This document shows positions 1 through 15,806 of a stretch of 64,000 bases of DNA, piece by piece (the first letter of the stretch is position 1; each line of letters begins with the position of its first letter). Where the stretch lies: assembly GCF_009914755.1 (NCBI RefSeq), contig NC_060941.1; one strand, given 5' to 3'. The translations under genes were made by a program, and so were the position numbers. The stretch comes from the human T2T-CHM13v2.0 reference genome, Homo sapiens. The notes below the pieces were generated by a model that searched no databases, was not told the DNA's origin, and was given only the letters and a program-made list of their open reading frames with translations.

Positions 1-90
1 TCCTCCTTCTCCACACACACCAGGCGGGCTGTACACTTCATTCTCTTTAGCAGGGGCAAAACATCTCTGCTACACTCAGCACCAGGATAG

Positions 91-704
<614 letters not shown>

Positions 705-1157
705 TGTTAGTCCAAACTGCACCATGTTGTAAGCTCCCTGCTATTTTGCAGATCTTGGTCAAAGTGAAACATTTCACAGGGGTTTGTGCTGTGAGAAACA
801 TCTTGCCTAACCACCTGACCACAAGGTGGACAAAGGCCCAACTAAAGAAATATCCCTATCATGTCTTGCTGGACAAAGATCCAAGGAACACCATGATGAC
901 ATCCTGCTGGAACAAGGGCCAGAACAGCCACATCGTGGGAACGAATATCTCATCAATATCCTGCCGGGCAGCAAGCCATACTGCCCAGGCCACTCCCACC
1001 CATACCTATAAATTGCCCCAGCCTGTAAGCAGTGTAGGCTCTGGCATTAGGCTGGTCTTTTGTAGGTTTTATGCTGGATGTAAAGCCTGCATTTGCTGTT
1101 AAGCTGCCCTCTTTCTGTGTCTTTCTTTAGCCCTCACCTTCCCTTCAAAACCTAACA
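705..1157 (+). mobile_element. ERV1 3' LTR (LTR15-like)
   Basis: TG...CA termini (tgttagtccaaactgcacc...cctaaca), cctataaa TATA, preceded by a PPT. Family assigned from recalled consensus. Confidence 0.7.
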
Positions 1158-1179
1158 GCAGTAACATATAGTACAGTTC

Positions 1180-1339
1180 ATAGCTTAGGAGCTGTAGGCC
1201 ATACCACATAGCCTAGGTGTGCTGTGGGCTATACCACCTGGGTTTGTGTAAGTATACGCTATGATGTTAGCACAAGGTGACATCACCTAATGACACATTT
1301 CTCAAGCTCCTCCTCATATGGCAAGCAATGCATGACTGT
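1180..1339 (+). mobile_element. Tigger3/MER7-type DNA transposon 3' fragment
   Basis: ccacatagcctaggtgtg...ggtttgtgtaagta...gcatgactgTA matches the recalled Tigger3 terminus. Confidence 0.65.
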
Positions 1340-1415
1340 ATATGAAAGCTCTTAAATAGGGATTAAGTTTCTAAATCTCTAAAAGAAAAAAGTCATTATT
1401 TACTGCATATGGACA

Positions 1416-2797
1416 TTTTTTTTTTGAGATGGAGTTTCACTCTTGTTGTCAAAGCTGGAGTGCAATGGCAGGATCTTGGCTCACTGCAACTTCTGCCTCC
1501 CGGGTTCAAGCAATTCTTCTGCCTCAGCCTCCCATAGCTGTGATTACAGGCACCTGCCACCATGCTTGTTGTGGGAAGTCAGGGACCCCCCGAATGGAGG
1601 GACCTGCTGAAGCCGTGACAGAAGAACATAAATTGTGAAGATTTCATGGACATTTATTAGTTCCCCAAATTAATACTTTTACAATTTCTTATGCCTGTCT
1701 TTACTACAGTCTCTGAACATAAATTGTGAAAACTTCATGGACATTTATCACTCCCCCAATCAATACTCTTGTGATTTCCTGTGCCTGTCTTTAATCTCTT
1801 AATCCCATCATCTTCATAAGTTGAGGATGCCTGTCGCCTCAGGACCCTGTGATGGTTTCGTTAACTGCATAAATTGTTCGTAAAGCATGTGCATTTAAAC
1901 AATATGAAGTCTGAGTACCTTGAAGAAAGAACAGGATAACAGCGATGTTCAGGGAACAAGGGAGATAACCATTAGATCTGACTGCCTGGGAGCCAGGCGG
2001 AACAGAGTCATATTTCTCTTCTTACAAAAGCAAATAAGAGAAATATTGCTGAATTCTTTTTCTCAGCAAGGAACAGCCCTGAGAAAAGAGAATGCATTCC
2101 TAGGGGGAGGTCTCTAAAATGGCCGCTCTGGGAATGTCTGTCTTATACAGTTGTGATAAGGGATGAAATATGCCCCGGTCTCCCCTAGCACCCCCAGGCC
2201 TATTAGGATAAGGAAATTCCTGCCTACTAAATTTTAGTCAGACTAGTTGTCTGCTCTCAAACGCTGTCTCCTGATAAGATGTTATCAATGACAATGTGTG
2301 CCCAGTGGGACATGAAACTTCATTAGCAATTTTAATTTCACCCTGGTCCTGTGATCTTGCTCTGCCCCCATTTGCCTTGTGATATCTTATTGCCTTGTGA
2401 AGCATGTGATTTCTGTGACCCACACCCTATTCATACACTCCCTCCCTTTTGAAATCCATAATAAAAACTCGCTGGTTTTGCAGCTTGGGCGGCATCACAG
2501 AACCCGCCGACATGTGATGTCTCCCCCGGACATCCAGCTTTAAAATTTCTCTCTTTTGTACTCCTTCCCTTTATTTCTCAGACCGGCTGACACTTAGGGA
2601 AAATAGAAAAGAACCTACGTTGAAATATTGGGGGCTGGTTCCCGCAATATCCACCCAGCTAATTTTTTGTATTTTTAGTAGAAACGGGGTTTCATCATGT
2701 TAGCCAGGCTGGTCTCAAACTCCTGACCTCATGTGATCTGCCCACCTCAGTCTCCCAAAGTGCTAGGATTGCAGGAGTGAGCCACCATGCCCGGCCA
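1416..2797 (-). mobile_element. AluS split in two (1416-1566 and ~2650-2797) by a MER11 LTR
   Basis: Alu sequence stops at ccaccatgct and resumes at cccagctaattttttgt after the LTR. Confidence 0.85.
1567..2649 (+). mobile_element. MER11A-type (HERV-K11/HML-8) solo LTR nested in the Alu
   Basis: Begins tgttgtgggaagtcagggacccc, has internal repeats gaacataaattgtgaa...catggacattta, AATAAA near 2460, and ends ggggctggttccc. Confidence 0.85.
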
Positions 2798-3448
2798 GAA
2801 TTTTTTTTAAAACATTCATTTCAGTGGGAACTTAATTTGGGGCTAGCATGTTTTATTTAACTTTCACCCCAAAGTTGCAAAGTGTTTCGAGGTTTTTCTC
2901 TGTAAAATAATTATTTTAATTCAATTTAAATAAAACCCATCAAGGAAACTTTAACCTTTAAGAAATCTAGCTTCCCATGAAATGTGAGAGGAAGTCAGCA
3001 CTGATTTCAGAAATCTGATTATAACAGTAGATCTACCCCTTGATGAAGTGAGTCTTGGAATCCCTTCCATTTAAAACCATTAATCTGCAACATATGCCTA
3101 TTCTAGGCACTGGAATAAGATGAAGCACCTGCTTGGCGTTCACATGCTATTGATTGTGCCAGACAATGAGCAATAAAATAGGTAAGAATGGCAGTGGGGG
3201 AAGTCAGCTGGGTTCTAGTTACAGCCGCATTTCAGGAAATTGTTTAATATGCTGACTTTAACAACCTAAACCTCTTGTCCATGTGTGCACACAGGGTAGA
3301 CCTCTGAAGAGTGGCGCTGTAATTTCTATGGTAACGGCTGTGTTAAGTCAAGGCAGGAAGACAGTTCAGCCTCCTCGCAGGCTAGTAGTGCAAAGGGCTC
3401 TTCACTCGGATTAAAGCCTTCTCTCCCAGACTGAATTGCCCCCCCCAC

Positions 3449-3909
3449 TGTGAACCCCCTAAACTTGAGACAGGTCTTAGTTAATTTAGAAAGTTTATTT
3501 TGCCAAGGTTGAGGATGCACCAATGACAGCCTCAGGGAAGTCTTGACAAAATATGTCCAAGGTTGTCAGGCACAGCTTGGTTTCATACATTTAGGGAGAC
3601 ATCATGAGACATCAGTCAATATATGTTAAGAAGTACATTGCTTCATCTGGAAAGACAGGACAACTTGAAGCAAAGGCAGGAAGACTGAAGTGGGAAGGAA
3701 GCTTCCAGGTCACAGATGGCTGTTACACAAATGGTTCCATTCTTTTGAGTTTCTGATCAGCCTTTCCAAAGGAGGCAAATCAGATAAGCATCTATCTGAT
3801 TGGGCAAAGGAGTGACTTTGAATAGAATGGGAGGCAGGTTTGCCCTAAGCAGTTCCCGGCTTGAGTTTTCCTTCGTGATTTTGGGGACCACAGATATTTT
3901 CCTTTCACA
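3449..3909 (-). mobile_element. MER4A-type ERV1 3' LTR
   Basis: Reverse strand starts tgtgaaaggaaaata...ccccaaaatcac and carries AATAAA (tttatt near 3494). PPT aaaggggggaaa is adjacent at ~3910-3921. Confidence 0.75.
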
Positions 3910-4644
3910 TTTCCCCCCTTTTCTTTTTAAAAATCTGTTGGAGAAAGCATTTTACAAGAAAATGAGTCTCTGGTCTCAGGTTTCATTTGATCTCTCATGG
4001 CGAGGACAGTTTATTCCTTGATGGGTAGGTCCCAAAAGCTCATTTTTAGCAGGTTGTTAAGTCTCATGTCCTGCGAAGAGAAAATAGTGGGAGGAAGAGA
4101 GAGAAAACAACAACAAACAAAAGAACAATCCGGGAAACATTTGATATAGGCCTCATTACTCTGAAGTCTATGCATCAGTAGGCAGGTATGAAAGTGGTTT
4201 ATGTATGTAAATAGGTTGCTGTTATTTTCTTCTGAAGTTTAAGTTGTCTGGCTTCAGTTCACAGGATTTTAAGAAAGCACAGCTTAGTTTTCAGTGACTC
4301 CAAATTAGGAAAAATGGAAAAAAGAAGGAAAAAAAAATTTAAAAATTATTTTGGAGACTTGTAATAAAAAAAAATTAGAATTTGGTCCAAACTGTAGAAA
4401 GTAATCCAAATTGAAAAAAAATTAGGCAAGACTAGAATCTAACACAGATATATAATCATTTGGAAACATAAGTTTTTCTCCAGTTTCCCATTTTACTAAA
4501 GACAAATCATGGTAGGAATAGTAAACTTATTATATTGGTCTATATATTTGTATACATTGCATCAATAATAATAATTTTTTTTACATAGGCTTTTAAATTG
4601 GCTTTGATGTAACTTTGTTCCATAAGAGAAATCTTGGATAAGAC
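3910..4644 (-). mobile_element. MER4-group ERV internal 3' fragment, truncated at the LRRC37 junction
   Basis: Contiguous with the PPT and LTR; AT-rich MER4-int-like sequence ending ...cataagagaaatcttggataagac. Confidence 0.6.
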
Positions 4645-5190
4645 ACACCCACCTCTTCTGCCTCAGGAACTGACTGAGACTTTGATGAGACTTTGATTCC
4701 ATTTGTAGGCACAGATTCAGCTGGAGACCTGCCCCTGGAGCCAGAGAAATCTTGGATAAGACACACCCATCTCTTCTGCCTCAGGAACTGAGACTTTGAT
4801 GAGACTTTGTTTGCATTGGAGACCTGCCCCTGGAGCCAGAGAAATCTTGGATAAGACACACCCATCTCTTCTGCCTCAGGAACTGAGACTTTGATGAGAC
4901 TTTGATTGCATTCGTAGGCACAGATTCAGCTGGAGACCTGCCCCTGGAGCCAGAGAAATCTTGGATAAGACACACCCATCTCTTCTGCCTCAGGAACTGA
5001 CTGAGACTTTGATGAGACTTTGATTCCATTTGTAGGCACAGATTCAGCTGGAGACCTGCCCCTGGAGCCAGAGAAATCTTGGATAAGACACACCCATCTC
5101 TTCTGCCTCAGGAACTGACTGAGATTTTGATGAGACTTTGATTCCATTCGTAGGCACACATTCAGCTGGAGACCTGCGCCCGAAGCCAGA
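4625..5190 (+). repeat. Tandem repeat A: 5 units (118, 95, 114, 118, 118 bp), each ~20 bp ERV-int plus ~98 bp LRRC37 exon-1 sequence
   Basis: agagaaatcttggataagacacaccca starts at 4625, 4743, 4838, 4952 and 5070. Units contain an internal gagactttgat duplication. Confidence 0.92.
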
Positions 5191-5428
5191 GCAATTTGCT
5201 GCTGCACATCAGGATCTGTATGACAAGCTGACTCAGCAAGAAACGTTCCTAGAAGTGGTTCCAATGCAAGACTAGGACCAGAACCAGGCCCTAGCTTAGC
5301 TTTTCACCTCAAAAGTAGGTTGAAAATGTAGACCAGGATCTGTATGACAAGCTGACTCAGCAAGAAACGTTCCTAGAAGTGGTTCCAATGCTAGACAGGG
5401 ACCAGAACCAGGCCCTAGCTTAGCTTTT

Positions 5429-5789
5429 TGTTTGGACTCCGGTGAAGGCCCCAAGATGGCGACAGGCAACCATCTTGGCCACCCTGACTCAGCATTAGCG
5501 GGTTCATCTTCCCCCCGTTCCCGCCATCCCGGCAAGAACGTGAGCCCGCTAAGGCGTGTCACACTCAGGAAAATAAAACCTAACTAACTCCGCCCTTGCC
5601 CCACCCCGAATCCGCCCCTAACTCACCTAGTGTCCATATAAGCCTGCTGCACCTCCAACACAGTGCGACTTCCCCGGCCCTCCCCTGCGGACCAGTGAAC
5701 CTCGTCCAAGAGCTTAATAAAGGAACTTTTGCATTCTTTGCCCTGCCTCTCGACCCTTTTTGTCTACGGAACCCTTCCATTGCCTTTCA
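5429..5789 (+). mobile_element. Solo LTR copy 1 (361 bp, family unassigned)
   Basis: TG...CA ends with a 5-bp TSD CTTTT (5424-5428 and 5790-5794) relative to the empty unit ttagcttttcacc. Contains catataag TATA and AATAAA. Confidence 0.85.
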
Positions 5790-6044
5790 CTTTTCACCTC
5801 AAAAGCAAGGTTCTAAATGTAGACCAGAATCTGTATGACAAGCTGACTCAGCAAGAAACGTTCCTAGAAGTGGTTCCAATGCTAGACTGGGACCAGAGCC
5901 AGGACCTAGCTGAGCTTTTCACCTCAAAAGTAAGGTTCAAAATGTAGACCAGGATCTGTATGACAAGCTGACTCAGCAAGAAACGTTCCTAGAAGTGGTT
6001 CCAATGCTAGACTGGGAGCAGAACCAGGCCCTAGCTTAGCTTTT

Positions 6045-6405
6045 TGTTTGGACTCTGGTGAAGGCCCCAAGATGGCGACAGGCAACCATCTTGGCCACCC
6101 TGACTCAGCATTTCTGGGTTCATCTTCCCCCCGTTCCCACCATCCCGGCTAGCACGTGTGCCCACTAAGGCGCGTCACACTCAGGAAAAGGAAACCTAAC
6201 TAACTCCGCCCTTGCCCCACCCCGACTCCGCCCTCACCTCACCTAGTGTCCATATAAGCGAGCTGCACCTCCAACACAGTGCGACTTCCCTGGCCCTACC
6301 CTGCGGACCAGTGAACCTCGCCCGAGAGCTTAATAAAGGAACTTTTGCCTTCTTTGCCCTGCCTCTCGACCCTTTTTGTCCGCGGCACCCTTCCATTGCC
6401 TTTCA
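6045..6405 (+). mobile_element. Solo LTR copy 2
   Basis: Same 361-bp element with the same CTTTT flanks. Confidence 0.85.
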
Positions 6406-6784
6406 CTTTTCACCTCAAAAGTAAGGTTCAAAATGTGGACCAGGATCTGTATGACAAGCTGACTCAGCAAGAAACGTTCCTAGAAGTGGTTCCAACGCTA
6501 GACTGGGACCAGAACCAGGTCCTAGCTAAGCTTTTCACCTCAAAAGTAGGTTCAAAATGTAGATCAGGATCTGTATGACAAGCTGACTCAGCAAGAAACG
6601 TTCCTAGAAGTGGTTCCAATGCTAGAACGGGACCAGAACCAGGCCCTAGCTTAGGTTTTCCCCTCAAAAGTAAAGTTCAAAATGTAGACCAGGATCTGTA
6701 TGACAAGCTGACTCAGCAAGAAACGTTCCTAGAAGTGGTTCCAAAGCTAGACTGGGAGCAGAACCAGGCCCTAGCTTAGCTTTT

Positions 6785-7145
6785 TGTTTGGACTCCGGTG
6801 AAGGCCCCAAGATGGCGACAGGCAACCATCTTGGCCACCCTGACTCAGCATTTCCGGGTTCATCTTCCCCCCATTCCCGCCATCCCGGCTAGCACGCGTG
6901 CCCACTAAGGCGCGTCACTCTCAGGAAAACGAAACCTAACTAACGCCGCCCTTGCCCCACCCCGACTCCGCCCCTACATCACCTAGTGTCCATATAAGCG
7001 TGCTGCAACTACAACACAGTGCGACTTCCCTGGCCCTCCCCTGCGGACAAGTGAACCTTGCCCGAGGGCTTAATAAAGGAAACTTTGCCTTCTTTGCCCT
7101 GCCTCTCGACCCTTTTTGTCCGAGGCACTCTTCCATTGCCTTTCA
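6785..7145 (+). mobile_element. Solo LTR copy 3
   Basis: Same 361-bp element with the same CTTTT flanks. Confidence 0.85.
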
Positions 7146-7400
7146 CTTTTCACCTCAAAAGTAAGGTTCAAAATGTAGATCAGGATCTGTACGACAAGCT
7201 GACTCAGCAAGAAACATTCCTAGAAGTGGTTCCAATGCTAGACTGGGACCAGAGCCAGGCCCTACCTCAGCTTTTCACCTCAAAAGTAAGGTTCAAAATG
7301 TAGACCAGGATCTGTATGACAAGCTGACTCAGCAAGAAACGTTCCTAGAAGTGGTTCCAATGCTAGACTGGGAGCAGAACCAGGCCCTAGCTTAGCTTTT

Positions 7401-7761
7401 TGTTTGGACTCTGGTGAAGGCCCCAAGATGGCGACAGGCAACCATCTTGGCCACCCTGACTCAGCATTTCCGGGTTCATCTTCCCCCGGTTCCCGCCATC
7501 CGGGCTAGCATGTGTGCCCACTAAGGCGTGTCACACTCAGGAAAACGAAACCTAACTAATTCCGCCCTTGACCCACCCCGACTCTGCCCCTACCTCACCT
7601 AGTGTCCATATAAGCGTGCTGCACCTCCAACACAGTGCGACTTCTCTGGCCCTCCCCTGCGGACCAGTGAACCTCGCCCGAGAACTTAATAAAGGAACTT
7701 TTGCCTTCTTTGCCCTGCCTCTTGACGCTTTTTGTCCGCGGCACCCTTCCATTGCCTTTCA
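7401..7761 (+). mobile_element. Solo LTR copy 4
   Basis: Same 361-bp element with the same CTTTT flanks. Confidence 0.85.
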
Positions 7762-8140
7762 CTTTTCACCTCAAAAGTAAGGTTCAAAATATAGACCAGG
7801 ATTTGTATGACAGGCTGACTCAGGAAGAAACGTTCCTAGAAGTGGTTCCAATGCTAGACTGGGACCAGAACCATGCCCTAGCTTAGCTTTTCACCTCAAA
7901 AGTAGGTTCAAAATGTAGATCAAGATGTATATGACAAGCTGACTCAGCAAGAAACGTTCCTAGAAGTGGTTCTAATGCTAGACTGGGACCAGAACCAGGC
8001 CCTAGCTTAGTTTTTCACCTCAAAAGTAAGGTTCAAAATGTAGACCAGGATCTATATGACAAGCTGACTCAGCAAGAAACATTCCTAGAAGTGGTTCCAA
8101 TGCTAGATTGGGACCAGAACCAGGCCCTAGCTTAGCTTTT

Positions 8141-8501
8141 TGTTTGGACTCCGTTGAAGGTCCCAAGATGGCGACAGGCAACCATCTAGGCCACCCTGAC
8201 TCAGCATTTCCGGGTTCATCTTCCCCCAGTTCCTGCCATCCCGGCTAGCACACGTGCCCACTAAGGCGCGTCACACTCAGGAAAACGAAACCTAACTAAC
8301 TCCTCCCTTGCCCCACCCCAACTCCGCCCCTACCTCACCTAGTGTCCAGATAAGCGTGCTGCACCTCCAACACAATGCGACTTCCCTGGCCCTCCCCTGC
8401 GGACCAGTGAACCTCGCCTGAGAGCTTAATAAAGGAACTTTTGCCTTCTTTGCACTGCCTCTCGACCGTTTTTGTCCGTGGCACCCTTCCATTGCCTTTC
8501 A
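8141..8501 (+). mobile_element. Solo LTR copy 5 (TATA changed to cagataag)
   Basis: Same 361-bp element with the same CTTTT flanks. Confidence 0.85.
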
Positions 8502-8814
8502 CTTTTCACCTCAAAAGTAAGGTTCAAAATGTAGACCAGGATCTGTATGACAAGCTGACTCAGCAAGAAACGTTCCTAGAAGTGTTTCCAATGCTAGACT
8601 GGGACCAGAACCAGGCCCTACCTGAGCTTTTCACCACAAAAGTAGGTTCAAAATGCAGATCATGATCTGTATGACAAGCTGACTCAGCAAGAAACGTTCC
8701 TAGAAGTGGTTCCAATGCTAGACTGGGACCAGAACCAGGCCCTAGCTTAGCTTTTCACCTCAAAAGTAAGGGTCAAAATGTAGATGAAGATCAGACTGCA
8801 GATCATCAGGCATA

Positions 8815-12872
<4,058 letters not shown>

Positions 12873-13312
12873 TGTAAGGCTCTTGTGTTGGTTTGAACCC
12901 TGAGAGCACACCAACAAACATGCAGCTAATGCTCAGTGCATCAAAAGATGCTAGTGTTTGAAAGACTCAGAGACTTCTCTCAGGAATTTGCCAAGCACTT
13001 ACAGAACTCCATTTATATACAAATCTTTCTTACCCTGCCATCTCAAAAGGTATGGCTGATGGTCCATTATCTCTCAGAAAAATGTATTATAGCTCCAGAT
13101 GGTAGAATGACCAGGAAGAAATTTCATCTTGCAAGTCAGTGTTTATTAAGAACCCACTGTATGCCCAGCATCACACCAGGCTGGCAAGAAACAAAATAAT
13201 CCTGAGTGATCATCCTTCACAGAAAAAAGACTTGAATCATAATTGTAACAATCTAAAATCCAAACATCATCTTTTAGTGTGTCTTATAGTTCATTAAATT
13301 TTTGAATTGTTA

Positions 13313-13672
<360 letters not shown>

Positions 13673-14507
13673 CTACATAGGCACATTTTGAAACACTTGG
13701 GGAAATGTATTGCAAAGCAAGGATGAAGCACTGAGGATTAAACATCTGCAAAGTGGGAAATGATGTGAATTCTAACAACAGGCTTAGAAAGTTAACATCT
13801 CTGGAAAATAAACCTCTAAAAAAAAACACACAAAAAGCCAAAGCACACTACACTTGGTGGAATATATTATGCATGACACAGAAAAGGCCAATATGTTCTA
13901 CAGCCACGTTCAGGAAATGGTCTGGTTAAGACTAAAAGACGGGGACAATGGGTGCTGAGAAATCAAATGTGGAAACCAACACACTTTCGGACACACTCAG
14001 GCAAGCAGTCCATCTAACCCTAAATATCTATTAACAAATTCCTTCAAATCGCTGCTCAGACTAGGGACAAAAACATTTTAATGCACCTGACACCGGAACC
14101 ACACACAAACTCGGCACAATGGCAACTGCGCAGGCAGCTTTGAAATGCTGCCTTCTCTACAAATGGCCTAAATTCTAACCATCTGTCTCTATCTGATCAG
14201 AAAAACGTTTCCACCATGTGAATTTCCACCTTTCTGTCTCAGACCAGTCCAACCAGGTTATTTTCACTTCTGCCTATTCCCCTTCAATTTAACTGCTTCT
14301 TCTTCAGGTTTTTGTGTTAGAAAAAGAGATTCTTCTGTCTAGGTCTAGTCTCTGTGGCAATGCACAAAGTCCCTGTCATTTAGGGTTGGTTTCCTCCTCA
14401 TCAATCTTTTTCAGATACCCCCTAAAAAAGATGACGCTCAGAGATCTGAACTCCAGCCCCCACAATCTGTCAAGTGCAGGCCGACCCCCACCGCAAGCCT
14501 GGCTTAT

Positions 14508-14640
14508 GTTAGCAGTGAAGGTTCGAGACAGAAGCTCTTCTCGCTGTCTCTCCTGCTGCTCCCTTGCATAGCACTGGTGCTGGAAGTTTCTGAGAGCAGT
14601 CTGCAGTTGATAGACATCATACTTTAACTGCTCAACCTGA
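14508..14640 (-). pseudogene. Unprocessed copy of GOSR2 exon 4 (133 nt)
   Basis: [44 protein letters not shown] versus GOSR2 [44 protein letters not shown]. Acceptor ccag is intact; the donor reads AAC|ataag. Confidence 0.92.
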
Positions 14641-15472
14641 CTGGAATTGATGGAAAGAGAGATTAAATTTAACTCAGGGCAGCAGAGTCTGAGGGGGCCA
14701 GATTTTGTACTGACAAAAGACAGCATTTCCTTACTTCTCCCTACACCACCCCCCCACTATCCCCCACCCACCATGAAATCTGATTTTGATCAGTGATGTT
14801 GAAAGTAAAGAAGTAGCCTGTGGTTAAGGTGAGATGGTAGCGCATGAGATTCTGGCAGCTTGACTTCAGAATCTGCTGCTCTCTGATTCTGAATGCATGA
14901 CAGGGAACAGGGGACAGGAAGCAGGTTCACTGACCTCTTCATTCTCCTGGAGGAAGCCCAAGGGCATCTTTGAGGTAAAGCATCCACGAAGCTTCATAAA
15001 ACTTTCGGAAACAGGCGCTGGGGGTGGAGGTGGCAAGGGCGGTTTCATTTTAATTTCATGGTGGAGTATCAAACATTAGATCAGTATTTCATTATAGATG
15101 GACTGATTGAAGTGATTTTTCTTTTCAATCCAAGAAGAACCCAGCAGCAACCAAAGAGCAGAACAAAGCTTCATGGCAGCATTAGGCTGCAGGTGGCCAT
15201 GGGTCTTGTCAGAGAAACAGAACTGGAGGCAAAATTTCAAAACGACACAAAGAGGTATGGGGTCACAAGTCTTCTAAGCCACAAACCTCACAGGCTATTT
15301 ATTTTGAGACGGCATCATCCAGATAGAATTGCACCCGTTGGGGGGAATTTTTCTTTGCATATAGTCTTAGTTTTTCAACAGAAAATTCAGAATATTCTAT
15401 CACCTCCCCGCTGGGAGAAAAGGCTCTCTTAATGGGCCTGGGGTATCAGAGCCATGTCAGAGGTCAGCACTC

Positions 15473-15584
15473 AGTTTGGCATTCTGCCTTTTGTTAGGGG
15501 GCTTCTTGCTGGACAAAATCTCCAGACTTCCAGACAGCTGAATATCTTGCCGGTCTATGCTTGCTTGGATTTTGTTTTCTACTA
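15473..15584 (-). pseudogene. Unprocessed copy of GOSR2 exon 3
   Basis: [10 protein letters not shown]...[18 protein letters not shown] versus GOSR2 [36 protein letters not shown], with +4/-1 indels. Acceptor tgcag follows a polypyrimidine tract; the donor reads ACT|gagtg. Confidence 0.88.
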
Positions 15585-15806
15585 CTGCACAAAAGAGAAA
15601 AAAGAATAATTGCTGGAAAAGAGACAGTGAACTTAAATTACAATGATAAATCAAAGATTGTTTTCAATATCCAATAAACTAGAAAATACACATTTCAAAA
15701 GAAGAAAAATGTATATACTAATAAATAGAAAATTCAAGTTATGCTATAAATGTTGTTTTGAAAAAAGTACATATATATAGCTGTTAATGCCATAACAATG
15801 CCAATA

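Larger units (their letters stand above)
5209..8790 (+). repeat. Tandem repeat B: 14 copies of a 124-125-bp LRRC37-derived unit interleaved with 5 LTR copies; ~1356-bp higher-order period
   Basis: The gacaagctgactcag core occurs at ~5222, 5346, 5837, 5962, 6453, 6577, 6702, 7193, 7318, 7809 (variant), 7933, 8058, 8549 and 8673. Confidence 0.95.

Noticed and set aside
5429-6405. LTR-internal-LTR as a non-autonomous retroelement
   Set aside because: No primer-binding site or polypurine tract flanks the filler, and every LTR carries the same host TSD, which indicates DNA-level tandem duplication.
5580-8665. Repeated 61-81 aa ORFs on both strands of the array
   Set aside because: Many use TTG/GTG starts. 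They arise from LTR and broken LRRC37 frames, and recur only because the DNA is repeated.
5209-8790. CRISPR-like repeat/spacer appearance
   Set aside because: The intervening segments are near-identical LTR copies rather than unique spacers, units are 125 bp, the context is primate and there are no cas genes.
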